Part shown: one piece after another, positions 52,407-61,730 of the stretch
How positions within the stretch are numbered: position 1 is the first letter of the stretch
Layout of the letters: every line of letters starts with the position of its first letter
Assembly (NCBI GenBank): GCA_902622625.1
Contig: CACNQS010000001.1
Location: 23,942 to 87,941 of the forward strand
Length of the DNA: 64,000 nt
Origin: an uncultured Prochlorococcus sp.
Lineage (GTDB): Bacteria > Cyanobacteriota > Cyanobacteriia > PCC-6307 > Cyanobiaceae
Reading direction: 5' to 3'
The notes under the pieces: generated by a model
Database searches by the model: none
The model's input: the letters and a program-made list of their open reading frames with translations, nothing else
Told to the model about the DNA's origin: nothing
Made by a program: the position numbers and the translations under genes

Positions 52407-53617
52407 AAAGATATTTTTTAAATAATAAAAAAAGGAATTTTTCAACTGCTTCAATTTGGGTTAAAGGAGGGAGCGATGTGGATAGTGTTGGCAAAAAAGG
52501 TATAAACAAGATCCTCAGTTCATTACTTACCAGAGGATGCGAGGGTTTTAATAATTTAACTCTTTCGGAGTATATTGAGTCCTATGGAGCAGAATTAAAT
52601 CAAGAAGTATTTGAAGATGGTATTTCAATAAGCATTAAATGCCTAAATGAACATTTCGGCAAATTATTCCATTTATTAGATTTAATAATTAATAAACCAA
52701 CTCTCCCCGAAATTGAATTTCAAAAAGTAATAAAATCCTCAATTAATTCTATAAAAAAAGATAAAGAGAATCCATTTAATACCTGTTTTGAAAACTGGAA
52801 AAGAATTGTTTACTCAAATCATCCTTACGCATTTAATACAAATGGCAATGCAAATGATGTATCAAATATTACCTATGAAGATGTTTTGCTTGAGTTTGAA
52901 AATTTCAAAAGTCGAGACAAGTTTTTAATTTCAAATAATGTGGAAATTAATGGACTAAACATAGAAACATTAGGGAAAATCCACTTAGAAGAGAAATCAA
53001 GAACCATAAATCACGATTTAAGTCCTAACAATAGATTTAATTTCAATAAAAATGATTCAAATCAAACAATAATAATGATGGGGGACCAAACTTGCTCGCG
53101 AAGAAGTAGTGAATATTTGCCTCTTAAGGTTTTGGAATCATATTTATCTTATGGAATGAGCGCTGCTTTATTTAAACTTTTTAGAGAAGAACATGGTATC
53201 ACTTACGATTTAGGTGTTCATTATCCTATTAGGAGTGGGAATGCCCCATTTTTAATTTATTTGTCCGTTTCAAATAAGCAAGCACTTTTTGCTTTTGAAC
53301 TTTTATCAACACTATGGAAAAAATTGCTTTTTAATCCGTTGACTGATGCTGAAATATTTTTAGCAAAAGAAAAACTAAAAGGTTCTTTTTTACTAGGGAA
53401 TCAATCACTCGATGAAATTTTACAGAGAAATATTCAATTAATTAGTTATGGTATTTCTCCAATTTCTGAGATCGATTTAAACTCAAAAATAGAAGAAATA
53501 TCTTCGTTAGAAATTCTTAAATTATTTTGTAAATATTTTTCAAAACCTTTTCTAAGTATTTCGGGAAATAAAAAAATATGTTTAGAAATTTCAGATAGGT
53601 GGAAGAAAAACTTTTAA
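52400..53617 (+). CDS. M16 family peptidase homolog (inactive partner subunit)
   Basis: M16 fold with LFREEHGITYD; HxxEH replaced by KILSS; overlaps the upstream M16 gene. Confidence 0.85.
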   Translation: MLKRYFLNNKKRNFSTASIWVKGGSDVDSVGKKGINKILSSLLTRGCEGFNNLTLSEYIESYGAELNQEVFEDGISISIKCLNEHFGKLFHLLDLIINKPTLPEIEFQKVIKSSINSIKKDKENPFNTCFENWKRIVYSNHPYAFNTNGNANDVSNITYEDVLLEFENFKSRDKFLISNNVEINGLNIETLGKIHLEEKSRTINHDLSPNNRFNFNKNDSNQTIIMMGDQTCSRRSSEYLPLKVLESYLSYGMSAALFKLFREEHGITYDLGVHYPIRSGNAPFLIYLSVSNKQALFAFELLSTLWKKLLFNPLTDAEIFLAKEKLKGSFLLGNQSLDEILQRNIQLISYGISPISEIDLNSKIEEISSLEILKLFCKYFSKPFLSISGNKKICLEISDRWKKNF

Positions 53618-53618
53618 G

Positions 53619-53828
53619 TTAGTTTTTCTCAATCTTATCAATATCGATTAAAAAAGAACCTCTTCTAAACTTTACTTCAACGGTATTTGGAGATTTAATT
53701 GATAGGATTTCCCCAATTTCATCAATTGCCACTAGATCAGGTGGTCTTAGCATCGGCATATTATCTGAAGTCTTCAAATAAGAGACTGGCGCAATCAACT
53801 TTACCTTATCTTTGATCTCGAATTTCAT
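53619..53828 (-). CDS. sipA: SipA (DUF3148), NblS/Hik33-interacting protein
   Basis: YLKTSDNMPMLRPPDLV and VKFRRGSFLID motifs. Confidence 0.88.
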   Translation of the reverse strand: MKFEIKDKVKLIAPVSYLKTSDNMPMLRPPDLVAIDEIGEILSIKSPNTVEVKFRRGSFLIDIDKIEKN

Positions 53829-53935
53829 TTATAAATTGGATACATTCAAGGGTAGTATAAGCATAAAGTTAGAGAAAATTTCAACGAAATGCATTGATTC
53901 ATCCTACAATCTTATAATTAACTTTCTACAAATTA

Positions 53936-55849
53936 ATGAATCAGAAATTTAAAACATTAATTTTATGGGCTTTACCTATAGTTTTAGTAATAGCGCTTTC
54001 CTACCAATTTTTATCTTCAAGCAATGTTGATTCACTTAAATCTAATGGGACTACTGTTGCACCAAGAAATTCTGCGGTAGCAAGAGTTAGTTATGGCAGA
54101 TTTTTAGATTACATTAATTCAGGAAGGGTTACATCTGTTGATATTTTTGAGGGAGGCAGAAATGCAGTTATAGAGACAGTAGATTCGGATTTAGATAATA
54201 AAGTTCAAAGGTTGCGAGTTGATCTTCCCGGCTTAACACCAGAACTTATAAATATTTTAAAAAATGAGGGAATAAGTTTTGATGTTCATCCGGTTAAAAC
54301 AGCCCCTCCTGCATTGGGAATTTTGGGCAATTTACTTTTCCCAGCCATCTTAATTGGAGGTTTAATTTTGTTAGCAAGGAGGTCAAATGGTATGCCTGGA
54401 GGTCCTGGCCAAGCAATGCAGTTTGGGAAAACAAAGGCAAGATTTGCAATGGAAGCTGAAACGGGAGTTGTTTTCGATGATGTTGCAGGTGTTAATGAAG
54501 CAAAACAGGATTTGCAAGAAGTTGTCACTTTTCTGAAAAAACCAGAAAAATTTACTTCTGTAGGAGCAAGGATTCCGAAGGGAGTTTTATTGGTAGGACC
54601 TCCTGGTACTGGCAAAACCCTTTTAGCAAAAGCAATAGCAGGTGAAGCAGGTGTACCATTCTTCTCATTATCAGGTTCTGAATTTGTTGAAATGTTTGTT
54701 GGCGTTGGTGCAAGCAGAGTTAGAGACCTTTTCAAAAGAGCTAAAGAGAATAGTCCTTGTCTAATTTTTATTGATGAAATCGATGCTGTCGGAAGGCAAA
54801 GAGGTGCAGGTATTGGTGGAGGTAATGATGAGAGAGAACAAACTCTCAACCAACTACTTACTGAAATGGATGGTTTCGAAGGTAATAGTGGCATAATAAT
54901 AATCGCAGCCACAAACAGGCCTGATGTTCTAGACTCAGCTTTAATGAGACCTGGAAGATTTGATAGACAGGTAACTGTTGACGCGCCTGATATTAAGGGC
55001 AGACTATCAATATTAGAAGTTCATGCAAGAAATAAGAAACTCCAAGAGGATTTAACACTTGAAAGCATTGCGAGAAGAACTCCAGGATTTACTGGAGCAG
55101 ATTTAGCAAATTTATTAAATGAGGCTGCTATATTAACTGCTAGGAGGAGAAAAGACTCTATCAGCATTTCAGAAATTGATGACTCTGTAGACAGAATTGT
55201 TGCCGGAATGGAAGGTTCTCCACTAACTGATGGTAGAAGCAAAAGATTAATTGCTTATCATGAAGTTGGCCATGCTCTCATTGGTTCACTCGTGAAAGCA
55301 CATGATCCTGTTCAAAAAGTAACCGTCATTCCAAGAGGTCAGGCTAAAGGATTAACATGGTTTACTCCAGATGATGAGCAAACCCTCGTTAGTAGGGCTC
55401 AACTAAAAGCGAGGATAATGGGTGCTTTAGGAGGTAGAGCTGCAGAAGATGTGGTTTTTGGGAAGGGTGAGATAACTACAGGTGCAGGAGGTGATTTTCA
55501 ACAAGTTGCTTCAATGGCTCGCCAAATGGTTACCAGGTTTGGGATGAGTAATTTAGGTCCCATAGCTTTAGAAAGTGGTAATCAAGAAGTTTTTGTTGGT
55601 AGAGATTTAATGACTAGAAGTGAAGTCTCTGATTCAATCTCTAAACAAATAGATGAAAGTGTAAGATTAATGGTCAAGGAATGTTATAAAGAAACCTACG
55701 AAATAGTTAGCAAAAATAGAGAAGCTATGGATAAGATAGTTGATCTACTAATCGAGAAAGAAACATTAGATGGTGATGAATTTGTAAGTATTCTCTCCAA
55801 ATTTACTAAAATACCTGAGAAAGAAAGGACACCTCAATTATTAAGTTAG
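53936..55849 (+). CDS. ftsH: ATP-dependent zinc metalloprotease FtsH (FtsH2 type)
   Basis: Two transmembrane segments; GPPGTGKT; HEVGH; YGRFLDY lumenal domain. Confidence 0.98.
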   Translation: MNQKFKTLILWALPIVLVIALSYQFLSSSNVDSLKSNGTTVAPRNSAVARVSYGRFLDYINSGRVTSVDIFEGGRNAVIETVDSDLDNKVQRLRVDLPGLTPELINILKNEGISFDVHPVKTAPPALGILGNLLFPAILIGGLILLARRSNGMPGGPGQAMQFGKTKARFAMEAETGVVFDDVAGVNEAKQDLQEVVTFLKKPEKFTSVGARIPKGVLLVGPPGTGKTLLAKAIAGEAGVPFFSLSGSEFVEMFVGVGASRVRDLFKRAKENSPCLIFIDEIDAVGRQRGAGIGGGNDEREQTLNQLLTEMDGFEGNSGIIIIAATNRPDVLDSALMRPGRFDRQVTVDAPDIKGRLSILEVHARNKKLQEDLTLESIARRTPGFTGADLANLLNEAAILTARRRKDSISISEIDDSVDRIVAGMEGSPLTDGRSKRLIAYHEVGHALIGSLVKAHDPVQKVTVIPRGQAKGLTWFTPDDEQTLVSRAQLKARIMGALGGRAAEDVVFGKGEITTGAGGDFQQVASMARQMVTRFGMSNLGPIALESGNQEVFVGRDLMTRSEVSDSISKQIDESVRLMVKECYKETYEIVSKNREAMDKIVDLLIEKETLDGDEFVSILSKFTKIPEKERTPQLLS

Positions 55850-56433
55850 ACATTAATAGGTTTCTTATCTAATACCAAATCAATTAAACCATAATCAACT
55901 GCTTCGTTTGGGGACATATAAAAATCTCTATCAGTATCTTCTTTAATAGTGTCATAATCCTTTCCAGTTCTCTCTGACAATTCAGTATTGAGTCTCTCTT
56001 TTAAGAACAAAATTTCATCTGCTTGAATTCTTATATCACTGGCTTGCCCTCTAGCACCTCCAAGTGGTTGATGAATCATTATTCTTGAATGTCTAAGGCT
56101 GCTTCTTTTACCCTTAGTGCCTGCAGCAAGCAAAAATGCACCCATACTAGCAGCTAAGCCTACACAAACTGTATGAATGTCAGGCTTAACATGTTGCATT
56201 GTGTCAAAGATACCCAAACCATCGTATACTGATCCCCCTGGTGAATTTATATACATATAAATGTCCTTATCTGGATCCTCTGCTTCGAGGAACAATAATT
56301 GAGCAACAATTCTATTAGCAGTTTCACTAGTAACTTGTTCTCCCAAAAAAATTATTCTCTCTCTTAATAGTCTTGAATAAATATCAAAGACTCTTTCACT
56401 ACCGCCAGATTCTTCTAATACTAAGGGGATCAT
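55846..56433 (-). CDS. clpP: ATP-dependent Clp protease proteolytic subunit
   Basis: DIYSRLL, INSPGG, AASMGA and MIHQP motifs. Confidence 0.98.
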   Translation of the reverse strand: MIPLVLEESGGSERVFDIYSRLLRERIIFLGEQVTSETANRIVAQLLFLEAEDPDKDIYMYINSPGGSVYDGLGIFDTMQHVKPDIHTVCVGLAASMGAFLLAAGTKGKRSSLRHSRIMIHQPLGGARGQASDIRIQADEILFLKERLNTELSERTGKDYDTIKEDTDRDFYMSPNEAVDYGLIDLVLDKKPINV

Positions 56434-56513
56434 AATAATATTTATCTGTTTATTAGATATTAACGATATTGAGTCAACATACGCTAACCTTATTAAGGTT
56501 TATATATAAAAAA

Positions 56514-57125
56514 TTGAAAGAAAAATTGACTGTTTCAGATAGCAAAAAGTTATTTCATGAAAAATTCCCTTACGTCATTCCAGGTTTATATAAAAGAATT
56601 GTTGATGAAATGCTTGTTGAACTTAATCTTCTAAACCATCAAAATGACTTTACGCAAGATTATCTCTTTTGTGTCGGTCTCACCGAAACATTCAAAGAAT
56701 TAATGAAAGGATACAAACCTGAGAAACATTTAGATCTACTTTTTGAATCGTTATGCAGTTCTACAAATTTCGAAGCGAAGGACATTAATGAAATATCTCA
56801 AAAATCGCAAAAGGAATTCAAGAATAAAACAGCTAAAGATATTTTGAAATTATTAATAGAAAAAAGCAACTCTAAACTTTATCCCTCAAGGATTTTGAAC
56901 TTAGCAATATATATGTTAATTTCAAACGCCCAAGATATCAAAGAGAAAGATGAATCAGAGACTAATGATATGATTTCTGATATTTTTGAAAAATTAAACT
57001 TATCTGCTAACAAAGCAGAAAAAGATATTGGAATTTATAGAAGTAGTATATCAAAAATGCAACAAGCAAAAGAATTAATTGATGAGCTCAGGACAAAAGA
57101 AAAGAAAAAAGAACAAAAACAATAA
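56514..57125 (+). CDS. psb29: Psb29/Thf1 photosystem II biogenesis factor
   Basis: TVSDSKKLF, YKRIVDEMLVELNLL and KDIGIYRS motifs. Start placed at TTG 56514. Confidence 0.92.
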   Translation: MKEKLTVSDSKKLFHEKFPYVIPGLYKRIVDEMLVELNLLNHQNDFTQDYLFCVGLTETFKELMKGYKPEKHLDLLFESLCSSTNFEAKDINEISQKSQKEFKNKTAKDILKLLIEKSNSKLYPSRILNLAIYMLISNAQDIKEKDESETNDMISDIFEKLNLSANKAEKDIGIYRSSISKMQQAKELIDELRTKEKKKEQKQ

Positions 57126-57128
57126 AAT

Positions 57129-57269
57129 TTATTTTGTTAATCTTTTTTTATCTTTCCAAGAGACATATGAAATATAAATTACAGCGAATGTTATCAATAT
57201 AAGTAAAAGGAATGACGTTAGGATAAGAAATTTACTTAAATAGACTTCATAAGTTAAAAATGAAATCAT
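57129..57269 (-). CDS. 46-aa single-pass membrane microprotein coupled to petN
   Basis: Manual translation: [46 protein letters not shown]. The ATG overlaps the petN stop (ATGA). Confidence 0.7.
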
Positions 57270-57367
57270 ATATCAATGGAACCATCACCATTTCTTCCCC
57301 AAACAACCATGGCAATGGAAAAAGTAAAAATTGCAGCTAATGCTGCCCAACCTATTTGAAAAATCAT
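57266..57367 (-). CDS. petN: Cytochrome b6f complex subunit VIII
   Basis: Manual translation: [33 protein letters not shown]; contains the PetN signature [14 protein letters not shown]. Confidence 0.96.
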
Positions 57368-57482
57368 TAAATTTAAATCTCTAGTATAAATATAACAGAA
57401 GTACAAATTTTTTAATCATTCTAAAGTTAAAGTTAACTTCTCAGAAACAAATTTTTCTCAATAGAATAAGAAAAAATCTAAA

Positions 57483-57761
57483 TTGGGAAGGTTAGTTTTA
57501 AATCATAGTACAAATATAGAAGGTCTAATTCCAATACTACAAAAGTTAGCACAGCATATTAATATCAAGACAATAACTCCAGCTGCCATTTCAAGAGCCA
57601 GAGGAAGATCTTCTAAATTAATAATAAGATTATCAGTGAAAACTATAAATGGATATAAAGCAATAGCCAGAAAGGGTAAAACAGCTCAAGAAGTTTTTAT
57701 TTCAACAGACTTAAGTAAAGATGAATTAAAAGAAGTTATAGACATTTATAGTATAAAGTGA
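57483..57761 (+). CDS. DUF2103 domain protein
   Basis: GRLVLNHSTNIEGLIPIL and ARKGKTAQEVFI motifs. Confidence 0.85.
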   Translation: MGRLVLNHSTNIEGLIPILQKLAQHINIKTITPAAISRARGRSSKLIIRLSVKTINGYKAIARKGKTAQEVFISTDLSKDELKEVIDIYSIK

Positions 57762-57801
57762 TTGTATTAAAGAGAATTAGAAAGTCGTAAGGGGAGAACA
57801 A

Positions 57802-58008
57802 ATGAAATTAGTATTAAATTTTTCTATGTTTTTATTGGCCCTTTTTTCATTTAGTAATGAATCATTATCACTTACTGACTACCAAATAAAAAGATTTTGC
57901 GCAAAGAAGAAAAGGGTATCTATATGTATCAAAAATTTACAAGATAAAAGATCTGATCTCAAGGCAGGAAAGCTAATTGAAATACCTGTAAAACCTTACA
58001 AAAGGTGA
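57802..58008 (+). CDS. Small secreted hypothetical protein
   Basis: Signal peptide, two Cys, C-terminal IEIPVKPY; GGGGAG ribosome-binding-like site upstream. Confidence 0.7.
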   Translation: MKLVLNFSMFLLALFSFSNESLSLTDYQIKRFCAKKKRVSICIKNLQDKRSDLKAGKLIEIPVKPYKR

Positions 58009-58021
58009 TTAGAAATTGAAT

Positions 58022-58291
58022 CTAAATTTCAAATTCTGATTCGAAAAGACTAAAAGCTTTTTTATAGCTTGCGAGAAGTTCTTCAGAATTATCAGAAAAT
58101 CCTTGTTTTTCGTAATCTTCTTTTAATTCTTCGTATAAGTAAACAACTTTATTAAAGGCACTCATATATTCTTTTTGAATCTCTTCATCATCAATATCAT
58201 AGATTTTTGCCAGTACTAATTCGACATTTTTTTTTGATGAATATATTTTTCTCTCAAAATCTTTATTTAACTTCCTTCTTTTTTTTGCCAT
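58022..58291 (-). CDS. Conserved hypothetical protein
   Basis: 89-aa ORF with basic N-terminus and acidic helical body. Confidence 0.75.
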   Translation of the reverse strand: MAKKRRKLNKDFERKIYSSKKNVELVLAKIYDIDDEEIQKEYMSAFNKVVYLYEELKEDYEKQGFSDNSEELLASYKKAFSLFESEFEI

Positions 58292-58419
58292 TTAAAATTT
58301 CTAAATACAGATTAACAATACTCAAATTCATAGATAAATTAAATTAAAACTTATAAAATAAAAATATAGTTTCCAAATCAAAATAAAACCTCTACATTCC
58401 AAATAAATCATTCGATGAT

Positions 58420-58857
58420 ATGAGTAAAAAAGAAACAACTAATTCTAAAGAGGTTAGAAACAAAAACTATGAAGCCAAGAAAATGAATACTTCCGAAAAC
58501 CTAAAGAAAAAGAAAGATAAAGATCTTCCATGGTGGGTAGAGTTATTATTTGTTCAAATAGGATTACCAGATAAATTACTAATAAAAATATTAAAAGGCA
58601 AAAAAACAACTAAAGAATTTATTAAAAATGATAAAAAATTAATAATAATATTTTTGTTTTTAATTGCATCAATGGCATATTTTTATCCAGTTATTAAACA
58701 TGCAAAAAACAAATTAGATTGTGAAGCGAATGCTAAAAATTATATAATTAAAAATAAAAATATTATTGGAATTAATCATAGGGAGTTAAAAATGATATCT
58801 ACAAATTTTTGTTATGGTGGCGAAGAAATTTATGAAATAGAAAATTTAAAAAATTAA
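58420..58857 (+). CDS. Hypothetical membrane protein
   Basis: LPWWVELLFVQIGLPD motif, one transmembrane segment, C...NFCYGG. Confidence 0.75.
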   Translation: MSKKETTNSKEVRNKNYEAKKMNTSENLKKKKDKDLPWWVELLFVQIGLPDKLLIKILKGKKTTKEFIKNDKKLIIIFLFLIASMAYFYPVIKHAKNKLDCEANAKNYIIKNKNIIGINHRELKMISTNFCYGGEEIYEIENLKN

Positions 58858-58938
58858 ATTTTAATTTATTCTCCATAAATAAGCATCTCAATATTATGAT
58901 AGTAACTTTAAGTTTAATAAAGATTAAATTCTATTCCA

Positions 58939-59115
58939 ATGACTGATATAAAACAAAAGAAAGAAGATGTAAAAATGCATTTAAAAGATTTGAGACAAAA
59001 CTTAAAAAAAATGCATTTAGAAGTTACTGAAGAATTAATATTACCGAAGCCAGCTGATGTAAAAGACTTGATGAATAAAATGGATAATCTATTAAAATTA
59101 ATAGAATCAAAATAA
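58939..59115 (+). CDS. 58-aa helical hypothetical protein (paralog of 60365-60562)
   Basis: Manual translation: MTDIKQKKEDVKMHLKDLRQNLKKMHLEVTEELILPKPADVKDLMNKMDNLLKLIESK*. Confidence 0.75.
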   Translation: MTDIKQKKEDVKMHLKDLRQNLKKMHLEVTEELILPKPADVKDLMNKMDNLLKLIESK

Positions 59116-59155
59116 ACTATAATTTAAATAATTTAGAATCATAAGTAGTAAAAAA

Positions 59156-59506
59156 ATGAAAATAATAAAACATTTTCCACTGATAATTCTAATTGCAATT
59201 TTCTTAATTTCTTGTAGGACATCAGCTAATAAAGATTATCCCATAAATAATTTGGAAAAAAATATTGATGACAACCCTAATTCAGAACAGAAAAGAATGG
59301 AAATAAAGTTTTCTTGTGGAGAGGATGGTATTTCAGAATACTTAGATGATGGATGGAATATTTTAAAAGAAGATTCACAAGAAAAAATTTGCACCTGGAA
59401 ATCTGTTCCTGCTACCAAAGATTGTAATATGGAAAAAGATAAAGGATGTAAAATAACAAAGCCAGATAAAATAGGTGAAGAGAAAATTTATTTATTGGAA
59501 AAATAA
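59156..59506 (+). CDS. Hypothetical lipoprotein with four Cys in the mature part
   Basis: Hydrophobic signal followed by LISC lipobox; FSCGEDGISEYLDDGW. Confidence 0.8.
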   Translation: MKIIKHFPLIILIAIFLISCRTSANKDYPINNLEKNIDDNPNSEQKRMEIKFSCGEDGISEYLDDGWNILKEDSQEKICTWKSVPATKDCNMEKDKGCKITKPDKIGEEKIYLLEK

Positions 59507-59515
59507 ATTTAATAT

Positions 59516-59644
59516 ATGACTCCGAAATCTGAACACTTAGTTGATTTAATTTTCAAGAAATTAAAAACCTATAAGAATAAAAAAATATTTTTAGAAAAAA
59601 AAAGTTTGAATAAATTTATTCTTTTACTTTTCAAAGAAAACTGA
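59516..59644 (+). CDS. Possible 42-aa basic peptide
   Basis: MTPKSEHLVDLIFKKLKTYKNKKIFLEKKSLNKFILLLFKEN*; starts 9 nt after the lipoprotein stop. Confidence 0.35.
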   Translation: MTPKSEHLVDLIFKKLKTYKNKKIFLEKKSLNKFILLLFKEN

Positions 59645-59703
59645 ATGCAGGACTTATTTAACTTAACTGCTATAGTTAAATAAATTTTTAAATATATAGG
59701 GAT

Positions 59704-59799
59704 ATGGATAGTTTTTCTTCATTAACACTTATTCTGGCAATAATTTTTATCTTTAGTCTCTATTTTCTATTTAGAGTTACATCTAATACGAAGAATTAA
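59704..59799 (+). CDS. 31-aa single-pass membrane microprotein
   Basis: MDSFSSLTLILAIIFIFSLYFLFRVTSNTKN*; AGGGA immediately upstream and TATAGT (-10-like) at 59671-59676. Confidence 0.5.
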   Translation: MDSFSSLTLILAIIFIFSLYFLFRVTSNTKN

Positions 59800-59819
59800 A
59801 AAAATATTTTTCATCATTC

Positions 59820-60002
59820 TTAGATTATTGGATCATCTCTTAGTAGTAAAACTGTATGCTTATTTAAGCCATCATTAATCCATTCCTTATATTCTTCTTG
59901 GACACACTTTTTATTAGAATTATCTAGTAGATTAATTCTTTTTTTTGCATTATCTAGGGCCAACTCAATGCAAAATTTATAATCATTAGAGTTTTGATGC
60001 AT
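59820..60002 (-). CDS. Hypothetical protein
   Basis: 60-aa ORF with ATG start; EEYKEWI motif. Confidence 0.65.
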   Translation of the reverse strand: MHQNSNDYKFCIELALDNAKKRINLLDNSNKKCVQEEYKEWINDGLNKHTVLLLRDDPII

Positions 60003-60082
60003 AAGTTTTAATAAGAATTTTAGTAAAAATAATTTCTTGTTCTGTATAGAAAATTACAATAATAAGCGTTGATTTGATAAGG

Positions 60083-60096
60083 GTATCAAGCAATAC
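60083..60096. promoter_or_regulatory. Candidate NtcA-binding site (GTA-N8-TAC), overlapping a TTGATA-N4-TATCAA palindrome
   Basis: GTATCAAGCAATAC read directly, in a divergent intergenic region. Confidence 0.45.
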
Positions 60097-60145
60097 GGAA
60101 GAATTTTTAATATATTTGGGATAATTTATTTTTTATAAAATCCCT

Positions 60146-60340
60146 ATGTCATACGAAGCAGGCAGTAAAGAATGTAGACATCTAATTGAAGCCAAAGAAA
60201 GCCTTCTATCAACATTAGATGCTTTAAGTAACATACACTCGACCGATCTAATACAAATTCAAATTAAAGAAATTTACAATAAATTAGAACAGATGCACGA
60301 TAATAGAAAGAAAATAGAATCAGCTACAAATTATCTTTAA
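60146..60340 (+). CDS. Conserved hypothetical helical protein
   Basis: MSYEAGSKECRHLIEAKE...; 64 aa. Confidence 0.75.
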   Translation: MSYEAGSKECRHLIEAKESLLSTLDALSNIHSTDLIQIQIKEIYNKLEQMHDNRKKIESATNYL

Positions 60341-60364
60341 TATATTTAATTTTACCTAAAGTTT

Positions 60365-60562
60365 TCAGAATTGGCTTTTAATCTTCTTTACTTTTTTTTC
60401 TGATAATAAATCCAATAGAGCATCAAGCTGTGATTGTACTTCCTTTGCTTCATTAAGATCTGGCAACAAATCTTCTTTGATGAGCATTTGATGCATCTCT
60501 CTAAGTTCTAACCTTATATATCTGAGGTGAGAACAAACTTCCTCTCTCTTGGTTGCACTCAT
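60365..60562 (-). CDS. Helical hypothetical protein (paralog of 58939-59115)
   Basis: MSATKREEVCSHLRYIRLELREMHQML...; ATG 60562 preferred, with AAGGAA upstream. Confidence 0.75.
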   Translation of the reverse strand: MSATKREEVCSHLRYIRLELREMHQMLIKEDLLPDLNEAKEVQSQLDALLDLLSEKKVKKIKSQF

Positions 60563-60699
60563 ATTTCCTTTTATATTCTTTACATTATACAATACGGTCT
60601 TTTTTGACTCCTAAAAAAATTCTGTTAAATTGAAAATTTTTTTCGACCCCAACAACATATCAAAATCTTTTAACGTTGCCTTGTAGTAATATATTCTTC

Positions 60700-60873
60700 A
60701 TGAAAAAGAAAAAACCAAAAAAAATCCAACCCAATTCAAATTTAAAAGAACAAAAATTAGGTCAAACAAAAAATTCGGCAAAATTAGTACTGTTCGTTTT
60801 TGGGATAGGTCCAATTGTTGGCATAATAATATTTTTATACAGTAAGGGATTTTTTAATTCACCAACTATTTAA
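60700..60873 (+). CDS. Small membrane protein
   Basis: Basic N-terminus and a transmembrane segment VLFVFGIGPIVGIIIFLY; ATG at 60700. Confidence 0.7.
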   Translation: MKKKKPKKIQPNSNLKEQKLGQTKNSAKLVLFVFGIGPIVGIIIFLYSKGFFNSPTI

Positions 60874-60929
60874 GTTTTAAGTATTTAAGATAGATTTCAA
60901 ATAATTAATTTAATATAATTTTAGGATAA

Positions 60930-61133
60930 TTATTGAAATTTTTTTAATGAGAATATCCTAAATTCCGCCATTTTTCTAGCATTTTCTGGATTAGATATTA
61001 AAAAAGGGTGGTCTGATAAAATTTCAAATACTTTATCTATTTTGTATCGTATATCATCACAATCAATATTTCCCCATTCCTCATCAAATGACATTGCAAA
61101 GCTATCAGCATTATCATATAGTTTATCTTTCAT
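60930..61133 (-). CDS. Conserved hypothetical protein
   Basis: LYDNADSFAMSFDEEW...DHPF...AEFRI. Confidence 0.75.
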   Translation of the reverse strand: MKDKLYDNADSFAMSFDEEWGNIDCDDIRYKIDKVFEILSDHPFLISNPENARKMAEFRIFSLKKFQ

Positions 61134-61361
61134 AATATTTGGAATTTAAATAAAGAAAATTTCTGAAATACAACCCAATCTGAAATAGAAATTAGAAGAA
61201 GCATATAAAACTATCATCATGACTATTAAGAAATAACTTTGTATGAGTGTACTTTAGAATTATACTTTAATCTCATTTTTTAAATTTATAAATAAGAACA
61301 ATTAATCAAAATCTGATTACATTTGACAGAAGTGTTACAATATTGACATATGTAAAGACTC

Positions 61362-61730
61362 ATGGAAAATAAAGTTAAAAGAATAGGATATCTCCCTAGA
61401 AAAAGAGTACTTGAAATTATTGATGAAATTTCCAAGAGCGAATCTATAAGCAGATCTAAGGTAGTTGGAATATTAGTTGAGGAAGCATTAGATGCTAGAG
61501 GAATTGCGAATTTTGGATATAGTAACATCAGTAAGTCAAATACATACAATTCGGAGAATTTTAAAGATCTACAAAAAGAGAATGCCCATTTAAAAGATGC
61601 TGAAGACGAATTTGTTGATGATAGTGGGTACACAGTTGCATCTCACAAAACTTTAGACCGCTCAATATCTTCTGCAGATATTGAATTAGCAAATAAAATT
61701 AATATTCTTAAGGAATCAGGATTAATATGA
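61362..61730 (+). CDS. CopG/ribbon-helix-helix family transcriptional regulator
   Basis: KRIGYLP strand followed by VLEIIDEISKSESISRSKVVGILVEEAL helix-helix pattern. Confidence 0.75.
   Translation: MENKVKRIGYLPRKRVLEIIDEISKSESISRSKVVGILVEEALDARGIANFGYSNISKSNTYNSENFKDLQKENAHLKDAEDEFVDDSGYTVASHKTLDRSISSADIELANKINILKESGLI

Noticed and set aside
52400-53617. M16 peptidase lacking HxxEH as a possible pseudogene or novelty
   Set aside because: Active plus inactive M16B tandem pairs forming heterodimers are well known.
54286-54912. 208-aa antisense ORF inside ftsH (also 55021-55242)
   Set aside because: It mirrors the conserved AAA domain codons in register and has no recognisable motifs; a typical shadow ORF.
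61146-61220. 24-aa minus-strand ORF MMIVLYASSNFYFRLGCISEIFFI upstream of 60930-61133
   Set aside because: Very short with no motif; compatible with chance in AT-rich DNA.
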